Source: Chiloscyllium plagiosum
Lineage: Eukaryota
Length of the DNA: 64,000 bases
Assembly: GCF_004010195.1 (NCBI RefSeq)
Contig: NC_057718.1
Span: forward strand, 55,544,422 to 55,608,421
Direction: 5' to 3'
This document shows, piece after piece, positions 26,130 through 40,885 of this stretch. Both the position numbers and the translations under genes were made by a program. The notes beneath the pieces are model-generated. The model ran no database searches. It saw only the letters and a list, made by a program, of their open reading frames with translations, and had not been told where the DNA came from. Each line of letters begins with the position of its first letter. Within the stretch, counting starts at the first letter, position 1.

Positions 26130-28626
26130 CTGGGATTCTGCTCACTCTAAGAGCTGGCTCTGAGTTAGCTGGGTCATTGTCATTTACTATGTATATGGAA
26201 ATAAGGGGTAACTTGATGATTGGATACTGGCCTTCGTGGAGCTATTTCAGTGATGATGAGAGGAAAAAAACACCTCTGTAGAGATTCACTTGCAACAACT
26301 GTCTTTGAGTTGAGATAAGCATTTCTGCCTCGTGCCACTATTTGGGAGGCTTGACGTATTCAATCCTGTTGTCCAGTACGTGGAAAGAATGCGATATTTT
26401 TTTCCAGACAAGTGACATTAGGGTGGGCAAAAGTAACGAGTAATTCTCCTGAAAGCTTGTCGACCAGCAGCTTTTTCAGTTATTAGGAGCTTAACTTTCA
26501 TGGAAACGCCAGATACTAAAACCTCTCAAAACTTGACAGATTTAGTGAAGGAATATTACCACCCAAGCCTTCTCGATTTCTGAGATGCTATTGGTTTAAC
26601 TTGGCAATTTGAGAACAAAGGGAATCCATATTAGGATTTTTGACAAGGTTAAGACAATTGGGAGAGGCACGTGATTTTCATTTAACCCTAAGTGAGATTC
26701 TGAGAGACCATTTGATATGTGGAATTAATGATAAGACCATGCAAAAGTGCCTACTAGCTGAAGCCCAACTAGACTTTAAACAGGCATAACCATTAGCTCA
26801 ACATTTTTTAAATTAGAAACTGGCGGCCTGAGTGAAATCCTAATTAAATACCCAGAGGTTTTTCAGGATGGTCTAGGGACAATCAAAGGAGCTAAGGCCA
26901 TCTTGTATGTTGGCTAAGAAGCAAATCCTTCACAAAGCTGGACATGAGACATATGTATTTGCTATTGTGATTTAGATGAAGATTCCTAGAAGCATGCTAC
27001 AATTAATGCCCATAAGGGTTTCTAACAATATATGAGACAATCTATTGGGCTATCATTAGCCCATGCCATTTTCCAGTGGATGATGGAGAGCATTTTACAA
27101 GGTCTAACCCAGGTCACTATTTATCTGGATGTTGTGCTAATAACTGGGCAGATCAATAAAGAGCATTTAGAGAACTTGTGACATACTGCTTGAACATTTC
27201 TCCAAGGTAGATATATGTCTTAGGGGGGAAAAATATGTGTTCCAGGCTCCTCAAGTGACCTCCTTGAGCTATAGAGCCAACAAAATTAGGTTACACCTAT
27301 TGGAAGATAAAGTAAAGGTGATCAAAACTGCTCCAGCTCCCATGTCTGTCCCGGGCTTAGGTCATCCTTTGGGTTGGTGCATTTTTGTGGAAAATGCGTA
27401 CGTAACCTGGCCTCAACCTAACACCCTTTACATCTGCTATTGAAGAAGGGTCAGCCTTGGAAATGGTCTAATAGTCAAAATGTAACCTTGAAGGAAATGG
27501 AGAAACAACTATCATTGTCTAAGGTTTTGGTACATTATGATCCCAAGCAAGATGCGTTGCTGACATGCAATGTCTCCCCACATGGTATCGGAATAGTGTT
27601 AGCCCAGCAGAGAGGAACGCCTCAATGTATGGTTCCTGGCCTTTGGCTGATGCTGAATGAAAATACATCCAGTTAGAGAAGGAAAGATTGGTGGCCATCT
27701 TTCGTGTGAGAAACTTCCACTGACACCTTTACGGATGTAAATTTGTAATAGTAACAGATACAAACCCCTGCTAGGACCACTGAAAGAGGACAGAGCCATG
27801 CTTCCCATAGCTTCAGGTCAAATGCAGCAATGGACTCTTATTCCGAGTGCATACAATTACAAGTTGAAACACTGTCTGGGAAACCAAGTGGCAAATGTGG
27901 ATGTCTTGAGCCGTCTTCCACTGGCGGATACACTGATGGTATTTTATGCACTTTTTATGTAATTGGACTGTCTTATATGTATTTGTCGCTCTTACTGTTA
28001 TGTGATGACTGAAACTGGGGTTTGTGGTTTGTCCTCATTTCACTGAAAACTGGTTGAACAGTGGGTTTTAGGGCCTAGCTTTGTTGCTCCTCTCTCTTGT
28101 AAATTGCTATTACTCTTGTATACTACTGTTAATGTTAATTGTTTTGTAAACTGTGTGCTGTTTAATAAAATTATAACCAGGAAAAAAAGAAGGAGGGGCG
28201 CAGTGGCGAGCTGCCTTAGAGTGGCCGGAAGGTGGGAGGGACGGATGGCTTGCTGAGTTATGGGGTTGGGGGGATGGGGGGGTGCGGGGGGGTGGAATCA
28301 GTATTCTATGCACTTTTTAAAATCTAATTGGACTGTCTTGTATGTATTTGTTACTGTTTTCTGATGACTGAGGTTTGTCCTCAATTCCCTGAAAACTGGT
28401 TGAACGGTCAGGTTTGGGGCCTGGCTTTGCTGCCCCTCTACCTTGTTGTTTCTCTATATACAGCTGTTAATATTAATTGTTTTGTAAATTGTATTGCTTA
28501 ATTTAAAAATAAGTGTAAGGGGATCTGCTCAGTCTAGGAGCTGGCTTTAAGCTTGCTGGGCCAGTGTCATGTACTATGCATGTGTAACCTTGATGACAGG
28601 ACACTGGCCTTTGTGGAGTTAATTCA
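26130..28626 (+). mobile_element. Internally deleted Gypsy element with two LTR remnants
   Basis: Similar blocks at about 26130-26249 and 28520-28626, both ending ttca; decayed primer-binding site gtgatgatgag; gag start PLFGRLDVF; RT YLDVVLITG; RNase H CNVSPHGIGIVLAQ. Confidence 0.8.
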
Positions 28627-28629
28627 CCC

Positions 28630-29680
28630 TGCAGAGTTCCAAGCTGTAATTATTGTCTCTCCATTTTGAATTTTACTTTCTTCCGATTGGTTTCCAAACA
28701 TTCAATCAAAGATGAACCAGATCTCGGTAAGATGAAACATCTTCACTTAATTTAATTTGCATAACACAGCTCACCACCACCTCGCATCATCTAGGTCATT
28801 ACTAATAACTTAATATGATGGTCACTAACTTTTTGAAAAATAATCTTTTTCGCTAGATTCTCACTATTATCCTCCAACATCTAAAATCATGTGTCTAGGC
28901 ACAGGATTTATTCTAAAAGTCCTCTCCAAATTCAAGTTCTTGATCTCACTTCTTGTGAAAAAAGGTGTCGGCTCTTTCTCTGTTGAGAGATACATAGTGG
29001 AAATCAAGTGGCTTTTTTGTGGACAAGACAGAGAACTGCATATTTCCTCAAAACCTATGTGCTGTGCTGGTACCTCCATTATCTCTGCCCTTTTAGCTGT
29101 GTCATTTAATTTTATCTTCAGTTTACCTGCCAATTGTTTTAGAAATTTCCTATAAAGCTGCCAGTGACAATACTTTATTATGTCTAATGCTATGCCTTAT
29201 GTGTAATACAGAACCGGTATATTCGTTTAGCAGTATTATTTATCAAACCACACCTAAATCCTCATTGCATCTGTTTTCAATCCAATCCAATTCAAAGCAA
29301 ATCCAAGACAAACCCCAAACTTGTTACGATCCAATGAAGTAGTGCACGATAAATAGAATCCTGTTATACCTGGAGTCATGACAAATGTTAAAGATCTTTT
29401 TAAAAGTATGCACAGTACCTCAATTTAGCTGACTTTCAGACCAAGTTTGATAGAAAGCACAGACCAAGTTTCTTTATTTAAAAAGAAATCTTATTATAAG
29501 TAATTAGACTATACCTATAAGTAAACAAATTAAGCCTTTGATCCTTTATAAACTCCTCTTACACACCCATACATGCACAGACATACAGACAAGCAAATAG
29601 GGAAAGTAGATTATTGGTGGATGTAGAAACACTGGAAAATCAGCTCAGGTCTTTGGGTCCCAAATCCAATGACAAGATAA
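28630..29680 (-). mobile_element. Probable Gypsy gag 5' region and LTR remnant
   Basis: ORF 28867..29133 resembles a gag N-terminus; LTR-like edge tgttacg at about 29322. Weak. Confidence 0.45.
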
Positions 29681-29689
29681 TCCTAATTC

Positions 29690-30135
29690 AGCGAGGATGA
29701 TACTTGGACTTCAGGGGTTAAATTATGAGAAGAGAAGAGACAAATTACAACTTATTTTCTAGAATTTAGAATGTTAAAGGGTAATCTAATCAAGGTGTTG
29801 ATGATATTAACAGGGAAACAGAGAAGTCAAATATAAACTACTTCCATTAGTTAAAAATTCTAGAACCAGGGGGCAGAGTCTAAGAACTAGGGCCAGGCCA
29901 TTAGGGAGATATGTCAGAAAGTATTTCTATATACAAAAAGTAGTGGGGGATTGAAACTTTCTTCTTCAAATGGCAGTCTACTAATTCAATTGTTAAATTT
30001 AAATCTGAGAATTTTTTTTATTATGCAAGCATCAACGAATATGGGCAGGCATATGGAGTTAGGCCACTGATTAGCCATGATCTTATTGCATGGTGGGGCA
30101 GGCTTGAGGGGTTGAATGGCCTACTGCTGTTCCTG
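29690..30135 (+). mobile_element. CR1 3' fragment
   Basis: LNYEKR...GNLIKVLMILTG remnant and tail gaatggcctactgctgttcct. Confidence 0.7.
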
Positions 30136-32307
30136 TGTTACTAGTGAGATCCTTGGTATTTTGGAAGTTTCCAATGGCTTGTAAGAAGTATAGCACAACT
30201 GATTCACTTGGAAAATATGTCTGGCTTATCAATTCAAAAGTCAAAACTCGCAGCAACTGCTGCAGGAATGATAATTGTTTTTTTCAGGTCAAAACTGACG
30301 TTTTTTTTAACTATTCAGACCAGGCAGCTTCGGCAGTAACAGTGAACCCTTCTGTGTCTTTCTCTGTCTGTGTGTCTGTATTTCTGTTACTTGTTTCCAG
30401 TCCCAACCTACTCAGTTATCCAAGAAGCAATCTGTTTTACTTGAAAGCACCTGATTGCAGGAACCTATAGCCACAAAAAAAATTCACGTTAAGTATTAAT
30501 TCCTTACTATGAAATTATACAGCCATTTTGGAAAATCCTTATTTTCTAAAACAGTCTTTTTTCATCTTACAGTTGACAACTTTTAAAGTAATAAGACAAG
30601 CTTCTTACAATACGTAAGCATACAGCATCAGAATATGTTTGGAGGCACCTTTTTGAAACTGATGATTTTTTTAATGTTGTCTACCACTATGGTTTGATGC
30701 AACTCTGACTTCAGGAGCTCAGGTAGAGAAGACCTGCTGAATACTATGGCTCATTGCTTGAAGTGACTTTGTTGAGTACTCCAAGTCTTAGGCTCTAGGT
30801 TATCAGCAGCAGCCCTGACTCTCTGCATGGACATGCTCATATGCAAGAGGCATGGCAGAATCCTTCACTGTTCGCTTGACACTGTGCATAGCTCTGGCAC
30901 CTTTGTTAGACGTTCCCCTGTTCTGTCTCTTCATCTCCAGAAATTTTATGTGGCTGTTCTTGAGTCCCATTGCCAGCATAGGCCTGATCTCCAGCTGTCT
31001 TTCAACTGTCCAGGATCTTGGCTGCCACATTGTTTATCGGCTGCTGCAATATGCTCGTAATAATCCTACATTTATTATATGGCTCATATTGGTTGTGAAT
31101 CAAAGTGAGTGAATAGGTATAAGTTGACATTGACAGTGTGAGGGGACATAGAAAATTAACATGAATTGTTTTGGAGAGTATGAGGGGTCATGGAGCATGT
31201 CTATGTAAGACCTTTTGAATTAATAGCCTACCTTCATGATACCTTATTCTCACACTTACATTATGTATTTTCTGTTTGAAAGCAGCTGCCAAAGTGGCTG
31301 TTTGAGATTTTAGATGTTTCAAGCTCAGAATACAACTTGTGAATAGGGATTGTGGTTTTCGTTCACCCAAACATTCTGCACTATGGAAGAACTGTTGATT
31401 GGACTTGCCTGTCAGAAATGTTGAATTGAATTGAGATAGCTTTATTGTCACATGAACTCAAATTAAAAGTTTAATTGCATTGAAAGTTTATAATTCACCA
31501 TTTGCAGTGCCATCTTAAGTACAAAGATACCTAGGTACAGCTTCTTGAGTTAGAAGATTAGTTACAGTGTAATAATGTCACTAACACGTGGCAACATCTC
31601 AGGTACAGAGCATCCAGGTACAATCCTTAGTTACAGAATAAAGAAATGAAGAATAGTAAGTTACATTACAGATATAGACAGTATATTCATAGGTCAAAAG
31701 AAGCAAAATTAAAAAGACAAACATCAGTCTCTCTCCGAGGGCAGACCAGCGCAGGAGACCTCCATGTAGGCTGACTTCTGGCTGTCGTCACACTCTGCAC
31801 TGTGCCATTGCTGCTGCACATGTGCTGTGCAGAGGGCCGTTGCCTCTGATCCACACTGGGCTTCTGCGGCTGCTATCACCATGCTCTGCACCGAGCCGCT
31901 GGTCACTGGGCCCCCACTCCAGACTGCTGATCCCACTTCGGAGGCCAGGAGTCTGAAGCCTGGGCCAGCTGTCCAATGCAGATTCCTAATGATCAAATTT
32001 AAGGGATTATATGATACGCTTTCAGACTTTTACTGCTATGTACCAACTGAAAATGGCATTGATTAAACAAGGTAGGCAATTAATATTTAACTACAGAAAG
32101 TGTGACTCTTTGTCAATATCTTAGCATGACCAACAACTCCATGCTATTATACAGTTTAGAGTGTGCTTACCATTTGAATCTTTACAGCTTCCAGTGAGTT
32201 TATCTTGCCCCATTTTTAAGTTGTGACATTGAGCAACCATGGAAAATTCTCTCCTCAGTCCTCTGAAAATGTCTGAAATTTCCTGTTTTGCAGTATGGCC
32301 CACTTGA

Positions 32308-33120
32308 TAGAAACATAGAATATAAGAATGGGAATAGGCCATTCAGTCCTTCGAGCCTTTTTCGCCATTCAGTGTGATCATGGCTGATCATCCAACCCTG
32401 TATCCCCTTGATGCTATCTCACATTACTCCTTAATCCCTTTAGTCCAAAGAACAATATCTACATCATTATTGAGAGTCTTCAATGTTTTGGCCTCAACAG
32501 TTTCCTGTGGCAGAGACTGCTCATCACTCTGAATAAAGAACTTCTTCCTCACCTCTGTCCTACAAGGCCTATTCCCTTATCCTTAAGACTGTGTGACCCA
32601 TGGTTCTGGACTCCCTGATCGTCGAGAACATTCTTCTTGCATCCAGCCTGTCTAATATGAGATCACATCTCGTTCTTCTAAACTCTAGTGAATATTATCC
32701 CAGCAGATCCATTCTGTCCCCATACCCTCAGTCCTGCCATTCCAGGGAATCAATGTGATAAGCCTTCTTTGCACTTTCTCAATAACCAGAACATCTTTCC
32801 TTCAGAGAAGGAGACCAAAAGTGCACACAGTACTCTAGATATGGTCTTTTAAATGCCTGTACAGTTGCCATGATTAGAAGTGTTGGTGTTGGACAGGGGT
32901 GGATAAGGTCAGAAGTCACATGACACCAGGTTATAGTCCGACAAGCTTGTGATTTCAAAAACCCTTTTGGATTATAACCTGGTGTCGTGACTTCTGACCC
33001 TATACAGTTGCAGCATGGCATTCCTGCTCCCATATTTGAATTGTCTTACTATGAGCACCAACATAATTTGCCTTCTGCAGCACCTGTACACTTACTTTCA
33101 GTGTTTTGTGTATGAGGACC
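32308..33120 (-). mobile_element. CR1 3' fragment with a nested fold-back pLTR insert (32869-33002)
   Basis: RPYLEYCVHFWSP; insert flanked by tacagttgc at 32860-32868 and 33003-33011. Confidence 0.8.
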
Positions 33121-33770
33121 CTCTTCACTGCTCCATAAATCATAAAGAAACCATTGCACCTTCCCAATCAAGGGTTAACATTGAAGTTTCTCTTGGGCTG
33201 CAGCATGACCTGGAGATGGTGAAAAGACAACAAAGAACAGAAGCTTTTGACAGACAAAAGAAAAGAGCTCTTCTTCTAACCCCACCTCAGATATAATAGT
33301 GTCTGTAGTGGCTCCACTTCTGTAAAGAAGTGGTCACAGAATTATGCTTCCTCCTTCAACCGATCCTAGAGCTACAAAGGATATCACTGTCAATCCAATA
33401 GCTCTGGGACAGAAATTTTCACCACAGACAGTGCAGTCGCCCTGACCTATGATTCCACATTTTAACATACTGCATATGGCTTTCAGAGAATCTTAGTCCG
33501 GGCCCCCAGTTACCGTGATATCAAGCCACGTGGGTATGCTGTCAGGCAGAATATAGAGCTGGTCATGTGACCCTTGTCATTACTTCATTTATTATAAAGA
33601 AATAGTCCAAAACATAATTATACTTGTAACAATTAAAATAATCTTATTCATTTTTATAAAATGTACCATCCATGAGGATAATGCAATTAAACTTGGGGTT
33701 TTAGGTAATCTGTGTTGCAGTACATCAGTTCCCAGTCTATAAGAAAAATATTCCCATTCAAATGTAATGA

Positions 33771-33977
<207 letters not shown>

Positions 33978-34297
33978 TAAAATCTGCAAATGAAAGCAGT
34001 TTATCATTGATATGATCATGTGAGAAGAGGGAATTGCACCTCCCACCCATTTTTAAAATTTCTGTGCATCGATTGCAATAAATATTTATTTTTCTTTTAA
34101 TAAACAGCTATACCACATGACAAAGTTATAACTGAATGGATATAAACAATAGAACCAGCTTTATTGAGTGAAACACAATATTTATGTACTAACTCCCAAA
34201 ATATAAAAATACGACATCAAGCACACATACAAAGACAGGCAAAGGATCTTCCTGATGGTTGCATTAGGAACATTGATTAATCTTCAGTATTTCAAGA

Positions 34298-35020
34298 ACT
34301 TAGAGTCATATGACATGGAAGCAGATCCTTCGATCTAACTCGTCTGTGCCAACCAAACGTCCCAATCTGACTTAGTCCTATTTGTCAGCATTTGGCCCAT
34401 ATCCCTTTTAAACCCTTCCTATTCATATATACTCACCAAGATGCCTTTTAAATGGTGTAATTGTACACCTCCATTACTTCCTCTGACAGCTCTTTCCATA
34501 CACACACTGTCCTCTGCATGAAAACTTTACCCCTCAGGTCCTTTTGAAATATTTCTCCTCTCACTTTAAACCTATGCTCTCTACTTTTGAACTCCCCACC
34601 CTAGGAAAAAGATCTTGACTATTCACCCTATCCACGTCCCACATGATGTTATAAACCTCTATAAGGTCACCTTCAGCTCCTGTTCCAGGGAAAATTATTC
34701 AGCCTCTCCCTATAACTCAAACCCTCCAGTTGTGGCAACATCCTTGTAAATCTTTCTGCATCCTCAAGTTCAACAATATCTTTTGTATTGAAGACTGACA
34801 ATGTTTTAAAAGTGGCCTCACCAATGTACAGCTACAACTTGTTGTACCAGCTCCTTTACTCATGCACTGACCAATGAGACCAAACATGCCAAACATCACC
34901 TTCATCACCCTGTCTACTTGTGACTCCACTTCCAAAGAGCTATATACACCAGCATCCCTAGGTCTCTTTGTTTGGCCACACGTATGTACTGTATAACTTC
35001 TGCCCTGGTTACAAACTTGC
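34298..35020 (-). mobile_element. CR1/HER1 3' fragment
   Basis: VESQVDRVMKVMFGM; tail agagtcata. Confidence 0.82.
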
Positions 35021-35485
35021 ATTCTGCTTTCAGAAACTTGGTCTCTCATTCAATTAGTTTCCTCCACCTGCCATTCTTCCAGCTCTCAGGAGCAGTGCAA
35101 GATTCTGCCTCTGGATTCTTTAACCAGATTATTTTTTCCAACTTTTGGATAAGTAGCTAATGCATGTAAATTTGAGGCAAACCAGCCAAGAAATTGCAAC
35201 TGTACACTTTAGCAAATTTGATGTATTCTTATTTAGCTATTGATCTGAATCAAGATCTCAACACATCAAGATAATTTTGCTAATTTTTGTAATAATTTAT
35301 GTGGTTCACATAGTTTAGTAGAAACTACCTAAGTGGTATATATTATGGTTTGCTGTTCTGCTGAGACTTCCTATATTCGTAGCTTCTCAAGCCATATGAT
35401 CTCTCTAGTTGCACATTTAATATGTAATTTCCCTGATTTCGTTTCCTTATCTTAGTAACAGCTATTCTAACAATTTTTCAGAGAG

Positions 35486-35605
35486 AATATTATGTTTGCG
35501 AAACTTGTTATTTTTCATCGTGCTTTAGTAAGTTTATAAAACCTACATCAAATGTTAGCCCAGTGAAGCACAATGAAAAATAACAAGTTTCGCAAACATA
35601 ATATT
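35486..35605. repeat. Inverted repeat: 40-bp arms (39/40 match) with a 40-bp spacer
   Basis: aatattatgtttgcgaaacttgttatttttcatcgtgctt versus aagcacaatgaaaaataacaagtttcgcaaacataatatt. Confidence 0.92.
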
Positions 35606-36144
35606 GTAAAATATTACATAACAATGTAAAATTTTACAAAGTATTAAAAACAGTCCTGTAATTTTCAGTTTTTCTTCATGTTTGAGTTTTAAGTTTTCTT
35701 TTAGTTTTGAACATTATTTTCAATTCTCTCTGGAAAGTGTGATATGTTATTGTGGCATTTGGACTTTTTGTTCTGGACTTTTGTCAGTTGACCTGTTTAT
35801 TCCAACTGCAATTTTCTCCTGGTAATTCTGAATATCATGTCAGAAATAAAGTAAAGGAAGAACTGAGTAGTGAAAATTATGAAAGCAAAATCAAAAATAA
35901 TTGAAATAATAAAGAGCAGTAATAAATAATGGAGGTTGGAGTAGTGAAGTAAAATTAAGAGGAAGAAAATAAGAATATATTATTTACACCACACTCATTC
36001 TCTGCTCATTTCTTTCTTTGTGTGTCATTTGTAGTATATTTCCACCTAGGACCAGTAATCTTCTGGAAGCTTGTGCAAAATGACTTAAGTATTTTCAGCT
36101 TTTTCTGAACTAAATTGATCCTCTGCTCAAATAAGACTACACAT

Positions 36145-36660
36145 TGCAGGAGCAGAAGTAGGCTATCAAGTCTGCTTTGTCATTCATGAGATTCTGGCTG
36201 ATCTGATAACTGTCAACTCCACTTTTCTGCCTTCGATAATCCTTGATTCTCTTATGGTTAAAAATCTCACCATCTTAGCCTTGAATATAGTTAATGATCC
36301 AGCCTCAACATTCCTCTGTAGTAAAGAATTCCACAGGTTCACTCCTCTTAGAGTCATAAGTGCATGACACTTATTCTGCGATTATGCCTCCTGGTCGAAG
36401 ACTCTCCTACAATGGGAAGTAATTTTGCTATATCTGCCCTCAAGCCCCCTAAGAATCTTGTATGTTTCAATAAGGTTGCCTCTTATTATAAATTCCAGTT
36501 ACTTCCGGGTCCAACCTACTCAACCTCCTCTCGTAAGACAACACTTGCAAAACTTGTATCAACCTAGTGTATCTTCTATGGATTGCCATCAGTGCCAGTA
36601 TATTTTTCTAATGCTTTCTATAGTTTTGACAAAACCTCTCTACTTTTATACTCTATTCCC
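36145..36660 (-). mobile_element. CR1 3' fragment
   Basis: Similar to 13045-13600. Confidence 0.7.
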
Positions 36661-36750
36661 AAAGACTATTAATATTAACATTTGTAAACCGTCCCATTAC
36701 AGTCAAAGGATAGCAATCACCAATAAACATTGTAATTAATTCCTTCACTG

Positions 36751-36851
36751 TTCTGAGGAAGGGTCTCCAGACCTGAATCATTAACTTTGATTTCTCTTCA
36801 CACATGCTGCCAGACCTGCTGAGCTATTCCCGCAACTTCTGTTTTTGTTTA
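36751..36851 (+). mobile_element. 101-bp pLTR insertion starting at a decayed hammerhead
   Basis: 18-bp duplication taattaattccttcactg at 36733-36750 and 36852-36869; CTGAGGA-A-GGGTC tcca GACCT-GAAT. Confidence 0.82.
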
Positions 36852-37256
36852 TAATTAATTCCTTCACTGACCCTACATTAAAATCTTAGAATTCTCTCTG
36901 TAACAACACTTTGGGGTGTACCTGCATCACTTGGAAAATAGCTTTTGAAGAAGCTGGCTTACTGGCATCTTCTTGAGGGTAATTAGAGATGGGCAATAAG
37001 TGCTGGACTTACCAACCAGATCTACTTTATGCAAACAAATTTTTTTTAAAAATGTCATTCTGTAAATACATTTGAAACAAAAGTAAACTTTTGAATGTGA
37101 TTCATTTGTGGTTAATATTTTTTGTAATAATAAGAACAAATCTCTGTAATAATTGAGCTCACATTGTTTAAAGTTCAAAACCACTTGCCTGTGTGAAATT
37201 GGGGAGGAAAGTGCTTAAGAGTGTTTATGGCATATTCAAAAATGTAACTTATTTGA

Positions 37257-37451
<195 letters not shown>

Positions 37452-38049
37452 TGAAATTATTTGACGGTATTATAAAATGGAAAGCAGTTTGAGACCTATG
37501 AATGTTATATTTATCTATGTAGAAATCCATAACTTTCTGCATATTTCTTGGTTCTCCTCAATATTTGATATAGCAGCAGAATTTCATAGTACATTGGATA
37601 GATTATTTCCTCCCACAGATATTTTTGTTTGATATTTTCCTGTTTACTGCACATTTTTTTCTGTTCCTATCTTGAAGATGTAAGCTGTGTTTGTGTGCAG
37701 TTTATTGGTGTCATCAAATGACCTGCATTTTATATGTTGATCATTGAATGAGCCTACTTGATCTTGAGAAGCACCACAGCCAAGTTCAACCCTGTGCTTG
37801 ACCAATAGTTACACGTGCACATCGGAACACAAGAAAGCATGCAGCCAGAAACAATAATTTGATGTATTAAGCCCAATTCTTTCATAGAATTGAACAACAT
37901 TTGATGTGACATAACATATACTGCTGAATAAATTTCCTAAAAATATTCAGGAAACGGTAGTTTCTGAAACCTAAAGGAAATAATGCACAACTCCAGAATA
38001 TTTATCTATACCCACAGATATTTCTATCCCTGCTTATCTCATAAGGGCA

Positions 38050-39100
38050 GATTCCTTGTGCTTAATTGTAGATGCAAGTATGGAAGCACTGCAGGGGATG
38101 AGGTCAAGGTGAAGTGTTTGGGGGTAGGTGCCTCTCTGGCCTGCAGCAGCCACTGGAAGCAGGACAAGATTCTTCAGAGCTGATTCATAGTGGAGGAATC
38201 ATCTGACTATGGGATTATAAATTTCAGACTTTGATTGACAAGGAGAATCGTACAGATAGAGGATGCAGCCAGATAGAACATCTGTGCATCAGCCAGGGGA
38301 GCTCCAACACTGAGAATATCTGGATGTGGAAGGCACTTGAAGGCAAGACTGTAGGCCCATGGCTATAGATGCACTATATGAGTAAAAGGTTTATGGTCAA
38401 AGACTTAACTTAATGGAAATGTCTGAGCACCAGTATCAGCAACAAGTTGGAGGTGGTGGTAGAACTGCATGCTATGTTGGAGCAGGATATGATGCCAACA
38501 GAAAGAGACGCACACTCAATGACTGTATCTCAAAAGGTACCTTTGGCACTCACCAGTTTTCCCTGTAATTTGTTCCAAGGATGGTGTAGAGATCTGTGCT
38601 GACTCTCTGTCAGCAACCCTTTGCTGCATAAAGGAGTTCATGGATGCCATGTCCCATGAGCAACATATCAAGTTTGCAACTGATCAGGTCCATTAGGTGT
38701 TGAGTGCAATTGGCCTAAGGACCATGATTGAATTTCAGCAAGTATATGGGAGTCATTGACTGTACTCATGTGGTCATCAAGACTCCTCTTAGAGCAGTGT
38801 GGCATCTTCATGAGCAGGAAGAGATTCCATTCCCTCAATAATTAAGTCATCTGCGATTTGCTGTAACTGAATCATGCAGGTATGCATACGATTTCTAGAA
38901 GTTGTAATGACTCCTACATTCTTAAATTATCCCAAACCCCTCAGCTGTCCCTCTACCAAATATGCTGGAGTTGAATGAGGGCACGTAAGTGAGCTGCATC
39001 CTTCGTGAAGAAGGATGAGCATGACATGCCTCAGGTGCTAATCAATTAGGATGGTCCCAAAAGGACCTAACTTTCTGGACCGTAATATGCCTTGCAGTGA
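38050..39100 (+). mobile_element. PIF/Harbinger transposase remnant
   Basis: GVIDCTHVVIKTP at about 38749-38787, then FMSRKRFHSLNI; matches the Harbinger DDE motif (IDCTH...NRKG.HS.N). Confidence 0.78.
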
Positions 39101-40885
39101 GACCCCAGATTCTCTGACTTGTTAAGGACAAATGCTGAAGGCTACCGAATTAAGATGTAGGGTGGAATTAAATATTACCTCCTACCCTCACTTACCCCAC
39201 CCCTTTAAGCCAACTTCCCCTACTCCCCACCTCCCTCACAGGAGTCACCCTGACTTGTCCCAGAGATCTTGCAGTCCTGCTTCACTCAGTTGTATTCCAG
39301 AGCTCCAATGACTATCTTCACCCTTGGGTCTTCTACCCGTGGCTATAGTTTGTGGTGCTATTGCTCTGACTTTGAAATTTTGCAGTCAATTCTCCTGCAG
39401 GAGCTGGGACCTCCAACAGCAGTCAACAGGCTGTCGGTTGGCACTTAACCAACTGGAGCCCCATCGGAAATATCAACAATAAGTTTAGCTCATTTTCTCC
39501 AAGAAGCAGTCTTGCTGACCTTTCCTGAGAGATCTTTACCATCTCTCTGTGTATCTGTGAGCATTATATGCCCAGGCATTTAACAAAAGTACTGAAGACA
39601 CCCTTTGTTGTACTTACCACCTCTCAATTTGATTTTGCATCTAGTCAGCATTATTAAATGTAGCATAAAAATAAATACAAAATAGTTACATATTGAGAGC
39701 TGAATTTAATTAATGACACCAGGAACAGGAAACGTGGGGGGCAGGATTAATTAATTATATGTGAGCTGAAACTTTGAAATTATGATAATGGGTGACAGTG
39801 ATAAGTCGGGCTTCATTCTGAACTGTAGCAAGTTTCTCATTGTAATCTATTTGCATTTCATGAATGTTAATTACCTTTAAAAGCTTTGAAATAAAGTCCT
39901 ACCTTCACAACAGTGATGTGTGAGTCCAGCATGGCTCTGCTTCACATTGGCTTGATGGTAGCATTCACTCAGTCAATTTTATTCAGATTGACTAAGGTGA
40001 ATGGTTGTTTTGACTAAACAAGGAAGGAGAATGGGAGAATTGCAGCATGAATGGAAGGTTCAGGAAAGGCACAGATGAGCTAGGTGTGAGAGGGAGTTTG
40101 ACATTTGGGCAGTGATGGACTGGAACAGGGCTTTTTGAGATGACATTGGATGGGGCCAGTGCACTGAAGTATTTACTGGGAATGGCTTAATATCTTGGGA
40201 GTGATCAGAATTAGGGTTGGAGGAGAGAGATGCAGCCTGTGAAGATAAATGGAACAAGAGGCTTAAAGGGTGGGATTAGCATAATCCAAAGTTGAGTCCT
40301 GTGGTCACATCCAGGATGCTAGCTGACTAAGGGTAAGTTTGTGTTCATCCAGAGGAGTCTGATTCACTGGAATGTGGTCAGGTCAGGTCTGAGGTTGGGA
40401 TGTTCAGAGGTCTTACAGGGAATACCATTGGAGACTCTAGGAATAATGTAGAGTGGTCTTTGATTAGAAGGGGAATTTTAACAATGGTGGGGTAGGCCAG
40501 GAGGAGCAAGAGCATGTCCAGTTCCATGACGATTATGTTCAGAGTGAAGGTGAGAGGTTCAAATGTTACAAGTAGAAAGTGCACAGTGATATTGTGAGGG
40601 TCGAGATGAAAAGGGACAAAGTTGAGGGTCATGAGAGAGGGATTGAATGTCATGGTTTACAATTTCTTAGTGCCACTTATATACTGTTACTGGCTATGTC
40701 CAAAACCAACTCATAGCTGCTTAAAGTAGAGGTCAAGGCAGAAGGAAGCCAGTATGGGATAGTTTGCGTTTTGAGTGTGGAGAATGGAAGGAGTAGTAAA
40801 TTCTAGAGCTCAAGAGGTCTATGCAGGAAAATGGTAGACACATGGGTTCTCATATTATTGTCTTCTTTTATACACAGTTCCTCGG

